Positions 30,353 to 41,189 of a stretch of DNA of 64,000 nt are shown here, in pieces. Below the pieces are notes generated by a model, which had not been told where the DNA came from, made no database searches, and saw only the letters and a program-made list of their open reading frames with translations. The translations under genes and the position numbers were made by a program. The stretch spans positions 28,430,912-28,494,911 of the forward strand of contig NC_092675.1 of the NCBI RefSeq assembly GCF_964355755.1, read 5' to 3'. The number at the start of each line of letters is the position of its first letter. The stretch's first letter is position 1. This DNA is from Antedon mediterranea (Eukaryota > Animalia > Echinodermata).

Positions 30353-30355
30353 TTA

Positions 30356-30542
30356 AGCGTGGTTCCCACTAGAACGCAATGCAGCGACGTATCGGCGCAA
30401 AGTGTTGTATTGCGTAATCACAAGTGGGAACCGACGACGAAATAGTTTTTAGGTTTTATTTTACGCAGGAGGGGGAAAACACAATTATTAGAAGGGCATT
30501 TGCTTACGTTGCGTAGATGGCGTCGCTAGTGGGAACCAAGCT
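30356..30542. mobile_element. MITE family A variant, 187 bp
   Basis: Same TIR as family A with a different interior, shared with 1601..1769. TTA on both sides. Confidence 0.88.
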
Positions 30543-30545
30543 TTA

Positions 30546-30724
30546 AGCTTGGTTCCCACTAGAACGTAACGCAAGGACGTAAACGCAACGCAAGCGTTTT
30601 AACCAATGACAAGCAAAGTTATAGACAGTTAGTAATCACAAGCGAATAAGCCATCGCTTCTGATTGGTCAATTCACTTGCGTTGGGTTACGTCCTTGCGT
30701 TGCGTCGCTAGTGGGAACCACGCT
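30546..30724. mobile_element. MITE family A, 179 bp
   Basis: TIRs intact, TTA flanks, near-identical to 41011..41189. Confidence 0.9.
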
Positions 30725-31313
30725 TTAGTGACACTCTGGATGCCGGGCGTATGTAGCCTTTTTTGACATATTTTAATGCCTGTTTTTTTTCTCTGGTCAC
30801 TTCGCAGGCCCTCTCCCCATTAACTCCGGGGCTCCTAGGTTTAGCCAGTGAGCGCTCATATCCGATCATTTTACAACTTGGCATATTTTCTCGTAAAAAT
30901 GCATGCAATGATATCAACCCAGCCAAAATAAATCTACTATGTACTTCAGAGCTCAACCACATAGGCCTAGTAAAATTTTCACTAATCTTTTATTTTTTAA
31001 AAGATCTGCAAGGAAATTTATCATTCTTCCTTTCGGTTATTATAAATGTCAGGTTATTATTCTTTTCTGATGAAATAAATCACTTACCGTATAATATATC
31101 TCAATGAAATGCTGTCTGTTGGCCATTCATTTTAATTATTTAGGCTAATACAGCTAAACTAATGCTTCCATCTTGTATACGCTGCACTAATTGACAAGTA
31201 GTGTGTTGATTGATGACGATGTAATAAGCCAACGTAAAAAAGAACACCCATACACAGTTCACTTTGACATTAACATTGTTGTCATTCATTTCATCTTTTT
31301 TTGCTTTTGTCAT

Positions 31314-31442
31314 AAAACAAGGCCATATACATGGCTGCAGTCGCGTGCTCAAATTTGAGTTAGTGTTTAACCGACCGACCAACCAACCGACCGACCAACC
31401 AACCAACCGACCGACCGACCGACATAGTGAGCTGTAGACTAA
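31314..31442. repeat. (CCGA/CCAA)n microsatellite, probably within a degenerate Helentron-associated element
   Basis: The tetranucleotide array at about 31370-31423 is directly visible. The element assignment is inference from the flanks. Confidence 0.55.
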
Positions 31443-32283
31443 CAATTGTGTTCTTAATTCTAAATTGGTAACGTATTATTTTAGACCATATAACCCCAAC
31501 CCAACCTGCCATGATACAGGCATTATATGTGATACACACGAGATGCTGTATTGCGGAATTGTCCTATGATATTTGGACAACTATTGTTATTTTCGACATG
31601 GAACTGTCAATCATTATGAAGAACAGATGTGCCGTTACCACTTGATTTAGTTATTTTCACTAATAGGCCTTCCTGATCATTAATTAAAGTAATTAGTTCA
31701 TCTGACACAACAACACAAATTAAGATCATTGTATTAATTCAAAAAAATCACACAGAAATGTAACATGATATTTTGATTGTGATTTTTTGACAGTTCACTG
31801 AAATGCAAATGAACATGCCACACCTGGCCGCCAGTCATTTAAGCGTGGATAATCATGTATTGGCGCTTGTTGTTGAAATCACATTATTTTCCTCAACATT
31901 ATAAACTCAAAAGCCATTTTCTGTGTTTAGTGACCAATAGTTGACCAGAGCAATCTTATAAACATTACGGTATTACTTTTCTGTGGACTAAAACTATTAT
32001 TATTATTATGCAGTCGGAAGCTACACTATTTATTAACAAAATAATTATACATGTATTACTATAGACTTGCCCCAATAAGTAGTTATTTCGAGGCTGTTCG
32101 ATGTTTGTTTGAAATACAAGCTTAAGTAGTATACGTATGAAACGCCATATGTGCCGAAATATTCATCCTTTTACTAATATTAAGTCAAAACTCCGTCTGG
32201 AACCCAGACTATACTAGTATTACTAGGTCCATGGTCTAATATCAAATTAAAGTTATTTGATCATTTGAATATTCAGAGACAGT

Positions 32284-32786
32284 TGTAACTGCAGCCTACT
32301 TATAGGAGGCCCTCTAGAGTTCAAATAGATAAAAAGTGATAAGAGAGAATAAGACATTTTATAAGACATTTTTTATGACATAAAGTTTAGAGATAATCGT
32401 TGTTCAAAGTATCTTTACCATAGGCTCCAATAAGGCTACAAGGTATTTACACGTGGTTATTCATGTGATTGTAATTATAACTTATGACATGTATTTTTAA
32501 TTAGTTGAGTTTTACTTCATTGCTGAAAGCTAGCCCTAGGCCTTAGGGTATCATGTTCCCCGGCCCCATGAGTCAGACCTGTGCTTGTCTGCCTGTACGA
32601 TGATGATATGATTAGGCCTACATTGTAATGCTAATCTTTGTTTTATTATAGTTTTCACGGTGTTTATTCAAGTTGCTAATGATACTGTAATTTGTAGAGA
32701 TACAAGAGATAGTTCAGAGAATAAATAAAGGAACATCAGTATCTACAAAATTTGTAATTTATTTATGATGGACGCCTACGGTAACA
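32284..32786 (+). repeat. 5' LTR
   Basis: TGTAACTGCAG...CGGTAACA. Reads as identical to 35822..36324. Overlapping AATAAA signals at 32720-32729. Confidence 0.95.
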
Positions 32787-35700
32787 GTGAAAACTTAGCT
32801 GATGAAAACTCAATGAATCTAAGAGAACAGAGTGAGAGACGCCCTACAGCTAAGGCCCTGTCAATTAGCATTGCTACTGAAGTAAAACTGTTGAGTCAAA
32901 CTCAGAGAAAGGCTCAAGAAGCATCAAGTGAACTAGAAGATGTTTCAAGTGACGAATTTGAGATACAAACTGCATTATGCAAAGCTAAAGCTGCATTAAA
33001 GGAATATAGTGATGCTTGGTGCGTATTGAATAAATTGTATGCACAAGATAGAGATGGTATTCATCGCGAAGATCACCTGGAGAATGAGAACATATATCTC
33101 ACCATTACCAACTCCATCCAAGCTAGTATAACAAGCGCTATGGATAGGGCACATGCATTAGCCCTGGAGTGTCAAGCCTCAAAATCTGCAGCATCAAGGA
33201 GTTCATGTCGATCTATTGTTAGCATTAAAGCTCAAGCTGTGGCGAATGCTGCTGCAGCCAACAAAACTGCTCAATTTGCTGAAAAAATGGCTAAACAGAA
33301 AGCAGACCTTACAGCAAAGGAAGCTGAAATGGAAATTAAAAAAGCAGAAGCAAGGCTTGAAGAAATAAGGCGGGAAGCACAGCAAAGAACAGAACATGCC
33401 AAAGCTGAAGCAGAGTTCAAAGTTTTAGAGGCTAAACAAGCTGCAGCTGTAGAGAATGCACGAGTTGATGCAATTCAACAGGAAATTCAGAACGGATATG
33501 GAGAAATTATGACCACACCACACCAAACCTCAAATGATCATGCACTAAGGTTTTGCAACCTAACCAAACCTCAACCTCTAATGACACAGACACAAGCAAC
33601 AACAGCCCAACCGACAATGCCTCAAAATCAATCTAGCAGTACCACAGACTTAAACGCTTTAGCAGAAGCCTTTTCTTCAGCCTTCAGTATGAACCGCATA
33701 CCAGCACCAGAGCCACCAATATTCGATGGCGATCCTCTTAAGTACTATGATTGGAACGCATCCTTTAGATGGTTAATCGAAAATAAAGGAATTTCTAAGG
33801 CAGACAGAATTCACTACCTTAAGAGATACATAGGAGGCCCAGCAAAGGAAGTTGTCAGTGGATACTTTCTGCTACAAGGTGAACATGCTTATGAAAACGC
33901 TAAAGCAGTTTTAGAAAAAAGATATGGAAATCCATTTATAGTTTCCGAAGCATTTAGAGACAAATTAGACAGCTGGCCAAGGATTCAAGCAAGAGATTAC
34001 AATGGCCTTAGGCGACTCTCTGACTTTCTGAACCAATGCAACATAGCAATGAAGGAAATGAAAGGCTTAGAAGTTCTTAATGACAGCAGAGAAAACCGGA
34101 AAATTCTTCAAAAATTACCAGATTGGTTAGTGAATAGATGGCGAAGAAACGCAGTGAGCGCTATGCAAATCAAGGGTAGTTATCCAACATTCAATGACTT
34201 TTCCACATTTTTGACGACCGAAGCCGAAATTGTTTGCGATCCTGTTACCTTAATACCAGAAAATGAAACAAAATTCACAGAAAAAAGTTCAAGATATCGA
34301 AACCAATCTCAAACGCTAGCCACCAGTATCAGTGCAATGCCATCATGCTTCATGTGTAAAATGAATAACCATCACCTAAGTGACTGCAGAGCGTTTGCCA
34401 GAAAACCTGAAACCGAAAAACAGCAATACATCAAGCAAAATGGTCTATGCTTCAGCTGCTTACAACATGGCCATGTGTCAAGGAACTGTAACCAGAAAAG
34501 TATTTGTAAAATTTGCCAAAGGAGACATCCAACAAGTCTCCATGTAAAGGAGAGAGATTCAGCTCACGAGATAACTGAAGCACAAATGCAGGTTATCAAG
34601 TTACAAGAGACCGTCACTAAGAAAGAGACACTATTGCAGGATTTAGCCACAAAGTATGCTAAGAAAAATGATGAGTTAGCAGAAATTAAAGAAGAAAGAG
34701 ATCTGGTTAAAGGGAAATCAGATGACGAACTTGCTTATATGAACAAACAACTTCAACAGGCTGTAGCGTCTAATCCATCTAACATTAGTGAACAATTGGC
34801 TTTACTACATGCAGAACTTGATGAGACTTATGGACAACAAATTGTTATGATTAAGTCACAGCTGCAGGAAAGACACCAGAATGAAATGCAAGAATTGCAA
34901 AAGAAATGTGAAGAAGATGCTGAAACTAACAACAAAATTAGAGATGCATTAGAACAGAATTTAAAGGAACTCCAAGACCAATTAGATGAGAAAGAGATGG
35001 ACTTAGAGGCTTGTCAGAACATCCAAAAAGACTTCGAAGATCAAGTTGCACTTCTTAATAATCACAACAAGGAACTAACAGAGAAAATGGAGAAAGAAGA
35101 AGATGTAACTTTGCAACTTCATCGAGAGCTTGATGAAGCTAACCAAGAAATAAAGAAGAAAACTTCAGAGTTAGATGAAAGAGTTACCCAGTTTATTGAT
35201 GAAAAGGAAAGATTGGAAAATGAATATCGGAAAAGGTTTGAAGATGAAAGTGCCCATCAAGAAGATATCCATCGCATTGCATTAAACCAACAGCGTTCTG
35301 AAGTTGTTGCTGAAATTGATCGCAAAATGAAACCCAAAGTAGAAGAAGTTGAAGACCATTTCAAGGTTCAATTCTGTACTGAAAAATCGGACAAAGAGAA
35401 CGAATTTGTTCAAGAATTCCAGAACATTCGACAGCAGTTAGCAGAATCTCATGCAGAAGAGATTGAAGCTGTTACAAAGAAAATCACAGATGAATTAACT
35501 GAAAAGCATGAGATTATGCTAGAGGAGGAAACGAAAAAGCTCTTCAAAGGAATAAATGATATATCTGAAGAGAAGGTATCAACGGAGCAGAATCGGAATA
35601 AAGATTGGATTGAAAATCAAGGAAAAGAATTAAAGGAACAAATTGTAAATATAAAAGTCGAGCTTCAACAAGTGAACAAAAAGAATTCAAAAATACAAAC

Positions 35701-35809
35701 TGTTAACTTATTCTTTATAGTTTTGGTAAATATTGTTAATATACTTCCAGTTTTGCATTACTTGTGTTTATTCTGGCAAGGGTGGGAGTTAAGGTTAAAT
35801 CATAGATGA
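32765..35809 (+). CDS. BEL/Pao Gag fused to an AKAP9-like coiled coil with a hydrophobic C-terminal tail
   Basis: BEL/Pao gag core (PEPPIFDGDPLKYYDW...YLKRYIGGPAKEVV...LEKRYGNP...KLPDW). Three zinc knuckles at 34346-34543: CFMCKMNNHHLSDC, CFSCLQHGHVSRNC and CKICQRRHPTSLH. Then about 380 aa of E/K/Q/L-rich coiled coil. No protease D(S/T)G, RT YxDD or integrase motifs. Confidence 0.9.
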   Translation: MMDAYGNSENLADENSMNLREQSERRPTAKALSISIATEVKLLSQTQRKAQEASSELEDVSSDEFEIQTALCKAKAALKEYSDAWCVLNKLYAQDRDGIHREDHLENENIYLTITNSIQASITSAMDRAHALALECQASKSAASRSSCRSIVSIKAQAVANAAAANKTAQFAEKMAKQKADLTAKEAEMEIKKAEARLEEIRREAQQRTEHAKAEAEFKVLEAKQAAAVENARVDAIQQEIQNGYGEIMTTPHQTSNDHALRFCNLTKPQPLMTQTQATTAQPTMPQNQSSSTTDLNALAEAFSSAFSMNRIPAPEPPIFDGDPLKYYDWNASFRWLIENKGISKADRIHYLKRYIGGPAKEVVSGYFLLQGEHAYENAKAVLEKRYGNPFIVSEAFRDKLDSWPRIQARDYNGLRRLSDFLNQCNIAMKEMKGLEVLNDSRENRKILQKLPDWLVNRWRRNAVSAMQIKGSYPTFNDFSTFLTTEAEIVCDPVTLIPENETKFTEKSSRYRNQSQTLATSISAMPSCFMCKMNNHHLSDCRAFARKPETEKQQYIKQNGLCFSCLQHGHVSRNCNQKSICKICQRRHPTSLHVKERDSAHEITEAQMQVIKLQETVTKKETLLQDLATKYAKKNDELAEIKEERDLVKGKSDDELAYMNKQLQQAVASNPSNISEQLALLHAELDETYGQQIVMIKSQLQERHQNEMQELQKKCEEDAETNNKIRDALEQNLKELQDQLDEKEMDLEACQNIQKDFEDQVALLNNHNKELTEKMEKEEDVTLQLHRELDEANQEIKKKTSELDERVTQFIDEKERLENEYRKRFEDESAHQEDIHRIALNQQRSEVVAEIDRKMKPKVEEVEDHFKVQFCTEKSDKENEFVQEFQNIRQQLAESHAEEIEAVTKKITDELTEKHEIMLEEETKKLFKGINDISEEKVSTEQNRNKDWIENQGKELKEQIVNIKVELQQVNKKNSKIQTVNLFFIVLVNIVNILPVLHYLCLFWQGWELRLNHR

Positions 35810-35821
35810 TTTGGGTGGGAG

Positions 35822-36324
35822 TGTAACTGCAGCCTACTTATAGGAGGCCCTCTAGAGTTCAAATAGATAAAAAGTGATAAGAGAGAATAAGACATTTTAT
35901 AAGACATTTTTTATGACATAAAGTTTAGAGATAATCGTTGTTCAAAGTATCTTTACCATAGGCTCCAATAAGGCTACAAGGTATTTACACGTGGTTATTC
36001 ATGTGATTGTAATTATAACTTATGACATGTATTTTTAATTAGTTGAGTTTTACTTCATTGCTGAAAGCTAGCCCTAGGCCTTAGGGTATCATGTTCCCCG
36101 GCCCCATGAGTCAGACCTGTGCTTGTCTGCCTGTACGATGATGATATGATTAGGCCTACATTGTAATGCTAATCTTTGTTTTATTATAGTTTTCACGGTG
36201 TTTATTCAAGTTGCTAATGATACTGTAATTTGTAGAGATACAAGAGATAGTTCAGAGAATAAATAAAGGAACATCAGTATCTACAAAATTTGTAATTTAT
36301 TTATGATGGACGCCTACGGTAACA
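35822..36324 (+). repeat. 3' LTR
   Basis: Direct repeat of the 5' LTR, preceded by the PPT GGGTGGGAG (35813-35821) and followed by the TSD ACAGT. Confidence 0.95.
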
Positions 36325-39138
36325 ACAGTAACCTGTAGGTATAGGCTACATAATAATGTTGTTATGCATCGCTATGTACAAGTCCCCCGACGTGAATTTG
36401 TCAACACAAGGACCTTTCGCATTGACGGACCTAAGGGAAGCCAATGTCAAGTATAATAAAGACTAACCCCAGAGAAGCGAACGCGTATGACTCGGTCAAG
36501 TACTATCGAGGATGGATGCTAAAAAGAGAGCTATACTCCCCAGGAAGGTTACTAACAAGCTGGATCTGGTATTTGTCCATTTTTATCTTTTCTCATTTTC
36601 TATAATAAAATCAATTACCACAGTTATAGTGGTACATAAACACTGGCACTTGTATAGTTATATAGTTGAATTCAATTTCCTTCTCAATTTATAAAATGCT
36701 CTTTTTAACCTCATTGACGCTTACCATTTGCTCAAGGTTTACATTTTAAAATGTTGCCTGGCTGATTTTCTTTGATAATGTTTGAGGAAGAGGAGTATAG
36801 TTAACCCTGGCGTTTTTAAACAGTTTAAGGTCAACCCAAGTTTGTTTGTCACACCAGTACTCTGGAATCTATTCTCAATCTTGTTTAGTTTGTACTTGTA
36901 AAAACGCAGGGTTGGTGAAATATGTCCATTATAGGGCCATGGTTTGTCCATAAGTTTTTTTTGTTCACAATTGAGGGCACTGTTGTTCAATTAGGGGCTT
37001 TTTTAGGATAAGAAGCGCCCTCTGTGATTTGCGTTGTAGAAACTTTTATGTGTTTGGCCTGGGGTCATCGTACTAAATAATGCTATGCTACCTATATAAT
37101 AATTCTATTGATCACGATACGATTCAAATTGACTAAATACTTGTAAATGTAAATGTTTGATGTACCGCTGAGGTCGTACTGGGCAACAACATGGTCTCCC
37201 TTTATAACTTGTTCCATCTCTACAACTCGTGTATCATTGCCCATTACACTTTCTGATTACATGAACTTACACGTTAATAGCTTGACTTGTGGGCACATAC
37301 GCGTGTGTTTGTTAACGTCGGGTCTTGTTTGTCACTGTCAGACGATGTACCAGTCTCATCGCATTCAATAATAATATTTTTGATAATAAACAGCATCTGG
37401 GAGTTTGTGCATTCCATTACAAAATAAAATTATAGTACAACATTCATGTATATTATGATTGTACTTTATGTTTTCTGACAAATATAATATTTGTTCTATA
37501 GTTCGTATAAAAAGTGAACATTGCAACATAGGATTGTCAACTCCACAAACTGTTAAAACTAGGTGTCTATGTATGCATTATATCCAGCCAGTTACGAAAT
37601 CAAACACATTTCCTCAAAATGCTCATCAAAATTACTATAGATCAATTATCAATTATTTTTTACTTAAACCTATAATAAATTTAAGTAATTTTTAATTTTT
37701 TTTTAAATGACTTATAAAGGTTTCGACTTTTTGTCAGATTATAATCAAACTGGATCAAACACTATGCTAATCCACATCACTGTAAGTCAGCGAACAGGAG
37801 TTTTCCAAAATATATTTGCGAACCCAATTTAATATTTGTATGATAGCTGTTTATATAAAATGTCACTCAAAGGGCTGTAAGTCTATGTTGTTCTAACAAT
37901 ATTTGCCTAGAGAGTTTCCTGTAGGCCTAATTAGTTTACTGAAGGACACGCTTGGTGAAATCTAAATAAAACGGATAAAATAGAACGCATTTTTTACTTC
38001 TGTTTACTAGATTCCTTTAGTACACGAACACGAATTATGAGTACATTCGAGAAAGTGATGTTCAAGACAAAACAAAAGCATTTGCGTACTGTTTAGTATC
38101 ATTCGGGTAATAAAATGCCCCTTTCTGCTCATTCGTGGCTGTTGTTTTTATAGGCCCTAATCACGTCACATCTAAAAAAGCGCAGAATATTATAACAAAA
38201 CTACACACCTGTTATCTTTCACTCAGGAATTTAATAGTTTTAAATTTTATCATTTCATCAAACAATTAGGTAAAGTAGACACGATTACCACGAGCACTAT
38301 TATTCGCCTGCTTAGCATCATAACACAACAAAGTAGCGATCGAATAAAACCCACAGAAATTCTTTGATTGACAATCAACTAAATAAACGTCGGCGTTAAT
38401 TTCCCGCAAAGTACAGATTAAACAAACCAACCGTCATTTAAAATATATACGTGGAAAAACATTGACTCAGTGATACTAAATTTTTCCCCTTAGCACACCC
38501 CTTATCTCCTTATTCGATAAATTGGAGAAGACTTTTTTAGTTGACTCTAATTTTTTCGTCTAGCTTGCGGTCAATGGAGCAAGGTCTTACGATTTTGTTT
38601 CTTTTTAAAACCCCTTGGCAGGTGGGAAGCAGCGGGTAAATTGATTTTAATACAAACGGGCAAATATCGTCGAGAACACAATTGGATGGCGGCAGAGATG
38701 AAGCCATGTTTTCGGCAAATCTGTCTCCATAAAAGAAACTCGTTACAGTCTTGTTTAGTTCCTCTGCACTACGATAGGGTAGTTGATTCGTACCTGTTAA
38801 GCTTTATCATCCAGTATTTTGGCGCATTTATTATATGCATTTTTTATTATGATTATGCTTAGCAGATTCTTGGTACTGTATCAACATCTATAGGCAAATT
38901 CCGTGATACATCATAACATGTGGTTCTCATTCGACGCCTACATCCTAATACAGTACAGTACAATAAGCTTCCCTATTTCAGAATCCTGGATCAGCCACTG
39001 TAGTCAGGGGGAAAATGGCAAAAGTTTTCCTACTTTCTAGGATTTTTATCAGATAATCTATAACATGACCACATTGCTAATTTTGCCATTTTTTGATCTG
39101 ATTGATAAAATTCATAACCCAAAACAAAGCCTTTTCAT

Positions 39139-39234
39139 TTCTTGTGGTGTAGTAATCTATGTGACGCGTGCCCCAGCAGTCTTTTGTACTTCTTATTGTG
39201 TAGTAATCTAGGTGACGCGTGCCCCAGCAGTCTT
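39139..39234. repeat. 51-bp tandem duplication
   Basis: GTGTAGTAATCTA(T/G)GTGACGCGTGCCCCAGCAGTCTT at 39147 and 39198. Confidence 0.85.
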
Positions 39235-40714
39235 ATTTATCATCAATCCATTCAACATTTTCTTAATCGCTTTCTTCACTTCACGTTGTCGGTTTTCTCA
39301 CTTGTGTCCATCATCATAAGCGTCTAGGTGTTTCCCTGTTTTCCTGTTAATTCCACATTGTCTTCACAACACGTCACGGGTGACATTTTATATTTAGCAA
39401 ACGTAGGTGTTAATCAACGATCGATTGCATCTCTGTTGGAAAGTATTGAGACCAGAAAATACTTAAAACGAATAAGCAGCTCAATTCCAAGCTGAACATC
39501 TTGGTTATTTGCAACAAAAACAAAATCTAAAACCTAAAACAATAATTGGATGTTTATCGATACTTTATTGTTCTATTGCGAATAAAGATCAGAGCTCTAA
39601 AAAGTATTGTTATTCATAAACATTTATTCAAAAAAGAAAGTCATCAAAACAGAGAATGTTAAATAAATCGTACATTTAAACGATAATTAAGGTAAATAAT
39701 ACACTAGACTACTGGGATTAAGACCAACCACTCGTTATCATTATAAGAACCAAATACATCTAAACTTCTGAATTAAAATTAGATTAACTATAAATCTCGT
39801 TACATGAATGTTTTAAAAAGTCACTGTAATCAATCAGCGCGTTTTATAAAAGGAAATACAGAATTAGTAGGCCTACCAAAAGGACAACTCAATCGGCAGC
39901 CAGGTGGGTCCAGACCTCGCCACATTAATGTTGTGTTCGTGCTATATTATAATTACTGGTATATGATTCATTTTATGCCGTAACCTACAGTAGATGTGGA
40001 CTCGTGAGAAGTTGATAGTAGAGTTTTGGGTTAAGTCTGACATCGCATGAAATCGTAGTCTCACTACCAAACTTTGAAAACTCGAGCAAACTCTAGTTGT
40101 ACAGCAGCAGTCATGTGGTTCTTCAGATGGACAAAATAACAGCCTCTAGTAACAGAGACTTTTAGTTTGAGACTCGTCTCCAAATGGTAAACTCTGAGTT
40201 CTCAAACAATTAATTAGTAAAGTTTGTTATAGTACAATGGGTTATTAAGGAGCTTTCGATGAAGTTGGGTACGTTAATTCGGATGTGGAGACACTCAATT
40301 CCTTAATACAGTTTTGGAGGATTCTAGGTCCAGGCTATGATGTATGCATTAGGCTCTAGGTCCTCAATTCAAAATTTTAAACAAAACTTTGTATATACAA
40401 TTACCTATACATCTAAACTATAGAAACATAATTGCTACTACATGGATTTTTACGAGGAAACACATCAACATACCCTATTTTTTTTTTTAAATGCTATAAT
40501 TATCGTCTGTCACGTATAGAATGTTTAAATCTAATTGATAAATGTTTACATCAAATCGAAAGTGCATACAGAGGTGGTTCAAACATTGAAAGTACAACAT
40601 ATTCTGTGGTTTATTGTTTCATAGTTTAAACTTGAAGTTTAGTAGCGGAGGCTTGGAATTGCCTACTTTAAATAAATGAAATACTTTCTATGCGCATGCA
40701 GCTAACCAATTACA

Positions 40715-41189
40715 GGACTAGGACGGACGCGCGCAAGAACGAAAGCACAACGCAAACGAATTAACCAATTACAAGCGACAGTTAAAATAAATTATTTGCG
40801 TTATGCTAATGTTCTTATGTTCTTGCGTTGCGTCCTAGTGGGAACCACAGATTAGTCTCATTTGAGCCTTAAACTTAGTTTTGCAGTGGGATGAAACGCA
40901 AGAAACGTATAGTGCACAGAGGTTAGTTGGCCAATAACAACCGATGGATCATCCGAACTGTCGCTTATGATTGGTCAACTCACATGCGTCCTTGCGTTGC
41001 GTCTCTCTCAAGCTTGGTTCCCACTAGAACGTAACGCAAGGACGTAAACGCAACGCAAGCGTTTTAACCAATGACAAGCGAAGTTATAGACAGTTAGCAA
41101 TCACAAGCGAATAAGCCATCGCTTGTGATTGGTCAATTCACTTGCGTTGCGTTACGTCCTTGCGTTGCGTCGCTAGTGGGAACCACGCT
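40715..41189. mobile_element. Cluster of family A MITEs: two degenerate copies plus a young 179-bp copy (41011..41189)
   Basis: The intact TIR-bounded copy abuts older copies ending ...GCGTCCTAGTGGGAACCA and ...GCGTCCTTGCGTTGCGTC. Confidence 0.8.

Larger units (their letters stand above)
32284..36324 (+). mobile_element. Non-autonomous BEL/Pao LTR retrotransposon (gag fusion, no pol), full length with TSD
   Basis: Two 503-bp direct repeats with TG...CA ends. 5-bp TSD ACAGT at 32279-32283 and 36325-36329. Polypurine tract before the 3' LTR. BEL/Pao-type gag ORF inside. Confidence 0.95.

Noticed and set aside
29980-30724. Recurring GGTTCCCACTAG repeats resembling a CRISPR array
   Set aside because: The repeats alternate in orientation and are MITE terminal inverted repeats. 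The DNA is eukaryotic and there are no cas genes.
33203-33397. Cys/Phe-rich antisense ORF within gag
   Set aside because: Expected reverse complement of an A/E/K-rich coiled coil.
34544-35809. Possibility that the coiled coil plus hydrophobic tail is an env gene
   Set aside because: No signal peptide, furin site, fusion peptide or cysteine pattern. It is fused directly to Gag and is better explained as a host coiled-coil fragment.
32765-35809. Possibility of a domesticated gag-derived host gene
   Set aside because: Identical LTRs and an intact TSD indicate a very recent insertion, not an old fixed gene.
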